Origin: a virus
Lineage: Duplodnaviria > Heunggongvirae > Uroviricota > Caudoviricetes
DNA: 34,170 nucleotides
Direction: 5' to 3' (one strand)
IMG/VR virus record: IMGVR_UViG_2706796290_000001
Coordinates: 1 to 34,170 of that record
The notes below the pieces were generated by a model that saw only the letters and a program-made list of their open reading frames with translations, ran no database searches and was not told the DNA's origin. A program made the translations under genes and the position numbers. Within the stretch, counting starts at the first letter, position 1. The number at the start of each line of letters is the position of its first letter. Of this stretch, positions 17,216 through 20,912 are shown piece after piece.

Positions 17216-17291
17216 GGGTCACTAGCACAATGGTAGTGCAGTTGCTTTGCAAGCATCAGGTTAAGGGTTCGAGTCCCTTGTGTATCCACCA
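17216..17291 (+). tRNA. tRNA-Ala(TGC)
   Basis: G3.U70 identity pair; one bulged U in the 3' acceptor strand; CCA. Confidence 0.87.
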
Positions 17292-17293
17292 AT

Positions 17294-17368
17294 ATTCCAT
17301 TCGACTAGCGGTTAGGTCGCTTCCCTTTCAAGGAAGTAGCACGAGTTCGAATCTCGTATGGAATACCA
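17294..17368 (+). tRNA. tRNA-Glu(TTC)
   Basis: Canonical cloverleaf, CCA. Confidence 0.95.
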
Positions 17369-17370
17369 AT

Positions 17371-17447
17371 AGGACGTTAGCTCAGTTGGTTAGAGCAAGA
17401 GCCTTTTAAGTTCGAGGTCATAGGTTCAAATCCTATACGTCCTACCA
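17371..17447 (+). tRNA. tRNA-Lys(TTT)
   Basis: Cloverleaf, CCA; C31-G39 pair. Confidence 0.95.
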
Positions 17448-17452
17448 ACAAT

Positions 17453-17527
17453 GGTGACTTTGGTGTAATGGTTTGCATCACTCCCTGTGAAGGAGAAGGT
17501 CAGGGTTCAAATCCCGAAGTCACACCA
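17453..17527 (+). tRNA. tRNA-His(GTG)
   Basis: Encoded G-1, A73, bulged T-stem, CCA. Confidence 0.87.
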
Positions 17528-17540
17528 AGAATTTTAAGAA

Positions 17541-17674
17541 TTTCAAACGAGTAGAGGTACAGTCCTGAAAGTTTGAAAGTGGGGCGACACCTGCCTGAAG
17601 TAGTAGCTAATAATGGCCTGTTAGTGAATCTAAGTGGTGTGACTTAACTGACTTGGAGAGAAAGGTCGGGGCAG
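17541..17674 (+). ncRNA. structured inter-tRNA RNA (hairpin domain plus four-way junction)
   Basis: TTTCAAAC/GTTTGAAA stem; CTGCCT/GGGCAG stem enclosing three hairpins. Confidence 0.45.
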
Positions 17675-17675
17675 A

Positions 17676-17750
17676 GCACAAGTAGCTGAGATGGATTAGC
17701 GCTACCCTGAAGAGGTTGAGAGGTTGGATCGTTACCAACATTGTGCACCA
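17676..17750 (+). tRNA. tRNA-Phe(GAA)
   Basis: Cloverleaf, CCA; T-loop ATCGTTA and G37 are non-canonical. Confidence 0.85.
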
Positions 17751-17778
17751 AATTTTTAAAAGAAGAATTATTTTAGGA

Positions 17779-17854
17779 TTACCATAACCTAAAGGCTCGA
17801 AGGGGCGGTCTGCAACATCGTTGTTGGTGAGTTGAAGTCTCACATGGTAATCCA
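17779..17854 (+). tRNA. tRNA-Cys(GCA)
   Basis: U73 identity base, CCA; T-loop TTGAAGT. Confidence 0.87.
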
Positions 17855-17867
17855 AAGTGATTTTTAT

Positions 17868-17955
17868 AGAGGTTAAACCAGATAGGTTCTGGGACACCCT
17901 GCTAAGGTGATCGTGTTAGAAATAGCATTCGGATCGAGACCGATGGCCTCTGCCA
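17868..17955 (+). tRNA. tRNA-Ser(GCT)
   Basis: Long variable arm with GAAA loop, G73, CCA; T-loop ATCGAGA. Confidence 0.88.
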
Positions 17956-17957
17956 AA

Positions 17958-18225
17958 TTTGTTGTGCGCTCCACAGGTTGATCCTGTTACGGTTATCCTC
18001 AAGACCAGACCGCAACAAAGCAACATCAATGGCTTGTCTAAAGTAACGCTGTTGATGGGGCAAATGCAGACACCGATTCGCCTCTGACCTAGTTAAGCAC
18101 ACTAATCGGTTTTTTCTTAGGGCTATTGGACAGGTAATTACCCCTCCTTTAGTTACGACAAGATATCTTCGTGGCTCGCTACCTTGAAGGCATCCCAGTT
18201 AGGGTTCTGGTTAAAAACTCACTAC
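17958..18225 (+). ncRNA. structured ORF-less inter-tRNA segment
   Basis: Three-way junction 17958-18019, 10-bp hairpin 18024-18057, terminator-like stem 18072-18116. Confidence 0.4.
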
Positions 18226-18301
18226 AGTCCCTTAGCTCAATCGGGAGAGCAACACTCTTACAAGGTGAAGGTAGTAGGTTCGAAACCTACAGGGACTACC
18301 A
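18226..18301 (+). tRNA. tRNA-Val(TAC)
   Basis: Canonical cloverleaf, CCA. Confidence 0.95.
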
Positions 18302-18302
18302 A

Positions 18303-18391
18303 GGTGGGTAGCGTCAAGGTGACAAAGCGGGCTTGAACCCCGTGCCAATTGTGATGAGCAGTTGAGAGTTCGATTCTTTTACCCATCGCCA
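18303..18391 (+). tRNA. tRNA-Ser(TGA) with 8/4 acceptor/T-stem fold
   Basis: GGTGGGTA/TACCCATC 8 bp, AGAG/CTTT 4 bp, 7-bp variable arm, G73, CCA. Confidence 0.82.
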
Positions 18392-18392
18392 A

Positions 18393-18466
18393 GCGTTTAT
18401 AGTGTAGTGGTAACACCCTGTACTTCCAATTCAGTATCTTCGGTTCGAATCCGAATAGACGCTCCA
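18393..18466 (+). tRNA. tRNA-Gly(TCC)
   Basis: Cloverleaf, U73, CCA. Confidence 0.95.
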
Positions 18467-18478
18467 GATTATGTTTAT

Positions 18479-18601
18479 GGACACTTCCTAAGGTTCTTTC
18501 TACAGGTTCGAAACTGTTTTAAGAATTGCTGGTGCTAGGTTTAGCGTCAAGAATCATTCGAAGGGTTCTTGGGGTGGTGAGTTCGATTCTCACAGTGTTC
18601 C
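18479..18601 (+). ncRNA. tRNA-like RNA (acceptor stem and T-arm intact; D and anticodon arms replaced by three hairpins; no CCA)
   Basis: GGACACT/AGTGTTC stem; GTGAG-TTCGATT-CTCAC T-arm; 123 nt. Confidence 0.6.
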
Positions 18602-18619
18602 CCCTATTTTAAAGTTTAT

Positions 18620-18696
18620 CTCTGTGTAGCTCAGTTTGGTAGAGCACTCGCTTTGGGAGTGAGGGGTCGTAAGTTCAATTCTTACTACAGAGACCA
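18620..18696 (+). tRNA. tRNA-Pro(TGG)
   Basis: C1-G72, A73, CCA. Confidence 0.95.
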
Positions 18697-18698
18697 GT

Positions 18699-18776
18699 TA
18701 TGAAGTGTTTGTACAGCTATCAGCTCACCGTTTAAAGGATACGGACAAGTCGGCTCGACTAAAGACTCACTTCATA
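18699..18776 (+). ncRNA. 78-nt multibranch inter-tRNA RNA
   Basis: TATGAAGTG/CACTTCATA 9-bp closing stem with internal hairpins. Confidence 0.45.
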
Positions 18777-18783
18777 TGTTTTT

Positions 18784-18860
18784 GGGTAGTTGAAGGGAAT
18801 GGCATACCTTTCACGCTTAGAACGTGAAGTTTCTGAGTTCGAGTCTCAGACTACCTACCA
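18784..18860 (+). tRNA. tRNA-Leu(TAG), short variable loop
   Basis: Cloverleaf, A73, CCA; 5-nt variable loop. Confidence 0.87.
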
Positions 18861-18866
18861 AATTCT

Positions 18867-18942
18867 GGGGATATAGCCCAACGGCAGAGGCAAGAGGTTT
18901 AAACCCTCTCAAGTTTCAGTTCGAATCTGAATATCCCTACCA
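18867..18942 (+). tRNA. tRNA-Leu(TAA), short variable loop
   Basis: Cloverleaf, A73, CCA; 5-nt variable loop. Confidence 0.9.
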
Positions 18943-18957
18943 GTTTAGGAGTGCTAC

Positions 18958-19239
18958 ATGGAAGTATTACTTGTTAGTGATTGTAGATGCCAAGAGCGTT
19001 ATGACTTTGCAGATATTGTAAAGGATGCTCAAGAACAAGGTATCAAAATTAAGTACACATTAGTTCCTAAGAAGATATCCTATGAAGATAGAACTTACAC
19101 ATTTGTTAATGTTGAAGATCTCACTAAGGATAAAAGTTGTATTGTTGGTAAGAAGTTTGATGATGTCTATTTGACACCAGAAGCTAAAGATGCTATACCT
19201 TTAGGGTTGCTATCATTTATACTTACAAGAATACGTTAA
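18958..19239 (+). CDS. hypothetical protein inside the tRNA array, 93 aa
   Basis: TAGGAG SD; fills the gap between tRNA-Leu and the Arg-like RNA. Confidence 0.72.
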   Translation: MEVLLVSDCRCQERYDFADIVKDAQEQGIKIKYTLVPKKISYEDRTYTFVNVEDLTKDKSCIVGKKFDDVYLTPEAKDAIPLGLLSFILTRIR

Positions 19240-19246
19240 GTTTTAA

Positions 19247-19334
19247 GTCCCTACACCCTCCAAGAGCCTTCTAAGCTCTCGACATTAAATAGGGGGAAGG
19301 TAGTCAGAGTGTTCGATTCACTGTGGGGACTCCA
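19247..19334 (+). tRNA. atypical tRNA-Arg(TCT) lacking a D-arm
   Basis: 7-bp acceptor, AGAGC-CTTCTAA-GCTCT arm, T-arm TTCGATT, CCA; only a 9-nt linker where the D-arm should be. Confidence 0.65.
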
Positions 19335-19335
19335 A

Positions 19336-19411
19336 GCCGAATTAGCTCAGTTGGTAGAGCAGCGCACTTGTAATGCGAAGGTCGTAGACTCGGATTCTAC
19401 ATTCGGCACCA
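19336..19411 (+). tRNA. tRNA-Thr(TGT)
   Basis: Cloverleaf, CCA; T-loop CTCGGAT. Confidence 0.9.
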
Positions 19412-19417
19412 TATTTA

Positions 19418-19507
19418 GGTCGTGTAGCTTAAAGAAAGCAAGAGGATTTATAAACCTTTTCACTAGATAAGTGCTTGATGTGGGGGCAGTACCCACCACG
19501 ACTACCA
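19418..19507 (+). tRNA. atypical tRNA with TAT anticodon (nominally Ile) and long variable arm
   Basis: 7-bp acceptor, A73, CCA; D-loop AAAGA lacks GG; T-loop GGCAGTA; CACT/AGTG variable arm. Confidence 0.65.
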
Positions 19508-19509
19508 AT

Positions 19510-19579
19510 AAGTCCCCCTCTGGGAGGGAAGAGGTCTCCAAAACCACTTAGCTGTGTTCGATTCACAGGGGATTTGCCA
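19510..19579 (+). tRNA. compact tRNA-Trp(CCA)
   Basis: 70 nt; G73, CCA; 3-nt D-loop, extended anticodon stem, 2-nt variable loop. Confidence 0.72.
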
Positions 19580-19729
19580 AATTAGATTAAGATGTTGGTG
19601 CGTGACAACCTTAATCGGCATGATTTTAGTTTATGTCGATGTGATAAACATGGCTAGATAGATATGTCGATAAAAACTAGAAATTAAAACACGTAGTATT
19701 GAAATGTTAAAAATAATTAAACAAAACAC

Positions 19730-19761
19730 TTGACAAATAGATTTTTAGTGTTATATATAAT
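19730..19761 (+). promoter_or_regulatory. promoter upstream of tRNA-CAT/thioredoxin
   Basis: TTGACA at 19730 followed after 16 nt by TGn-TATATATAAT; the exact -10 register is ambiguous. Confidence 0.6.
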
Positions 19762-19783
19762 ATATAAGCAATTAAGTTTTCAT

Positions 19784-19858
19784 AGCGAGGTAGTGTAACG
19801 GTTTGCACAGGGGACTCATAATCCTCTGGTTTGGGTTCGAATCCCAACTTCGCTTCCA
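19784..19858 (+). tRNA. tRNA with CAT anticodon (Met; Ile2 not excluded)
   Basis: Cloverleaf, CCA; A1-U72 and U73; lacks the three consecutive anticodon-stem G-C pairs of initiators. Confidence 0.88.
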
Positions 19859-19878
19859 GTTTCGGAGGATCAATTATC

Positions 19879-20193
19879 GTGTATTTAGAACTAGTAGAAA
19901 ATGAAGCATTTAGCCAGATTGGTACAAACCGAAAGGTTATCTTCAAATTTGGTGCAAAATGGTGCTCTGGTTGTAAAGCGATAACTCCAGTCCTCAAAAA
20001 ATTATCTGAACAAAATCCTGATATTGTCTTTGTAGATATCGATATTGAGCAATCGAAAGGACTAGCTGAAAGATTTAATGTTCAGACCTTACCAACTTTC
20101 ATATCTTTCCAAGAGTCCTTAAAGAAGGATACCATTGTAGGTACTCCTAAAATTACTCAGTTGAAAGAAATGATCACAAATATGCAAAAATAA
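19879..20193 (+). CDS. trx: thioredoxin, 104 aa
   Basis: WCSGC active site, FNVQTLPTF cis-Pro motif; GTG start after GGAGG (track start lies inside the tRNA). Confidence 0.9.
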   Translation: MYLELVENEAFSQIGTNRKVIFKFGAKWCSGCKAITPVLKKLSEQNPDIVFVDIDIEQSKGLAERFNVQTLPTFISFQESLKKDTIVGTPKITQLKEMITNMQK

Positions 20194-20344
20194 TAAAGAT
20201 AAGCAAACACGTTTCTAAAACCTTTAGTTTAAGGTTTTTCTCCAACCCCACTAACCAAATAACTGTTATGGATGACACAAGTCAATAATAGGGAATAATT
20301 AAGGTTAGTGGGTTTTCTTATTTATAATGACATTTCGTGTAGAT

Positions 20345-20411
20345 TTAAGAGGTGGTGCTTACTTGTCCTAGGCATCACCCCTTAAGTTATCAACATAGAG
20401 GACAAGCTATG
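20345..20411 (+). promoter_or_regulatory. SD-sequestering RNA pseudoknot in the HNH leader
   Basis: 17-position stem 20345-61/20369-85 with one mismatch; loop CTTGTCC complementary to GGACAAG at 20400-06. Confidence 0.7.
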
Positions 20412-20903
20412 GAAGAAATTTGGAAGCCTGTTGAAGGTTTTGGTGGCTATGAAGTTAGTGATTTGGGTCGTGTACGTAAGGTTGACGGAACTATTGTTAA
20501 TCTATTCAACCATCCGCAAGGATACCTAAAAGTAGCCCTTAAGGTTGCTGGCCAAAAGGTTAGTAAGAAGTACGTGCATAGGCTTGTAGCTGCTGCATTT
20601 ATACCTAACCCAGACAACCTTCCTTATGTAAATCATAAGAATGGCAAGCAGTGGTGTAATGAGGTTGATAACCTTGAGTGGATATCCTCTAAAGATAACC
20701 ATACACATGCTCGTGAGACTGGTCTTATTGACTATTACAAGTCACACCGAGTAGTTTCTGTCGAGGATGTACGATACATACGTAAGCATATAAAACCTTA
20801 CGATAAAGAATTCGGTAATGGTGCTATTGCAAAGCGATTGGGCTTAAGCCGAGACCAAGTTACTGACATTGCCCTGTACCGGAATTACAAAGACGTGATA
20901 TAG
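20409..20903 (+). CDS. free-standing NUMOD4-HNH homing endonuclease (I-HmuI-like), 164 aa
   Basis: EEIWKPV...YEVSDLGRVR (NUMOD4); VHRLVAAAF...VNHKNG...NLEW (HNH); ATG after GAGGA. Confidence 0.9.
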   Translation: MEEIWKPVEGFGGYEVSDLGRVRKVDGTIVNLFNHPQGYLKVALKVAGQKVSKKYVHRLVAAAFIPNPDNLPYVNHKNGKQWCNEVDNLEWISSKDNHTHARETGLIDYYKSHRVVSVEDVRYIRKHIKPYDKEFGNGAIAKRLGLSRDQVTDIALYRNYKDVI

Positions 20904-20912
20904 GAGGTATTA

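Noticed and set aside
17591-17674. Hammerhead or HDV-like (theta) ribozyme among the inter-tRNA elements
   Set aside because: No CUGANGA/GAAA core in the right junctions and no nested double pseudoknot could be drawn; only an Rfam scan can fully exclude it.
17776-17854. Apparent 10-bp acceptor stem and missing CCA in tRNA-Cys
   Set aside because: It resolves to a normal 7-bp stem with U73-CCA; the leader GGA merely complements UCC.
18303-18391. tRNA-Sec or opal suppressor
   Set aside because: The anticodon is UGA (reads UCA, Ser), not UCA; the acceptor branch is 12 bp; G73.
18784-18942. Amber/ochre suppressor tRNAs or stop-codon reassignment
   Set aside because: Anticodons UAG and UAA read Leu codons CUA and UUA; all three stop codons end genes normally in this window.
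17028-19997. Track ORFs overlapping tRNA genes (17028-17252, 17137-17409, 17607-17897, 17902-18102, 18824-19021, 19347-19547, 19707-19997)
   Set aside because: Shadow ORFs across tRNA or thioredoxin genes with no SD or protein-like signal.
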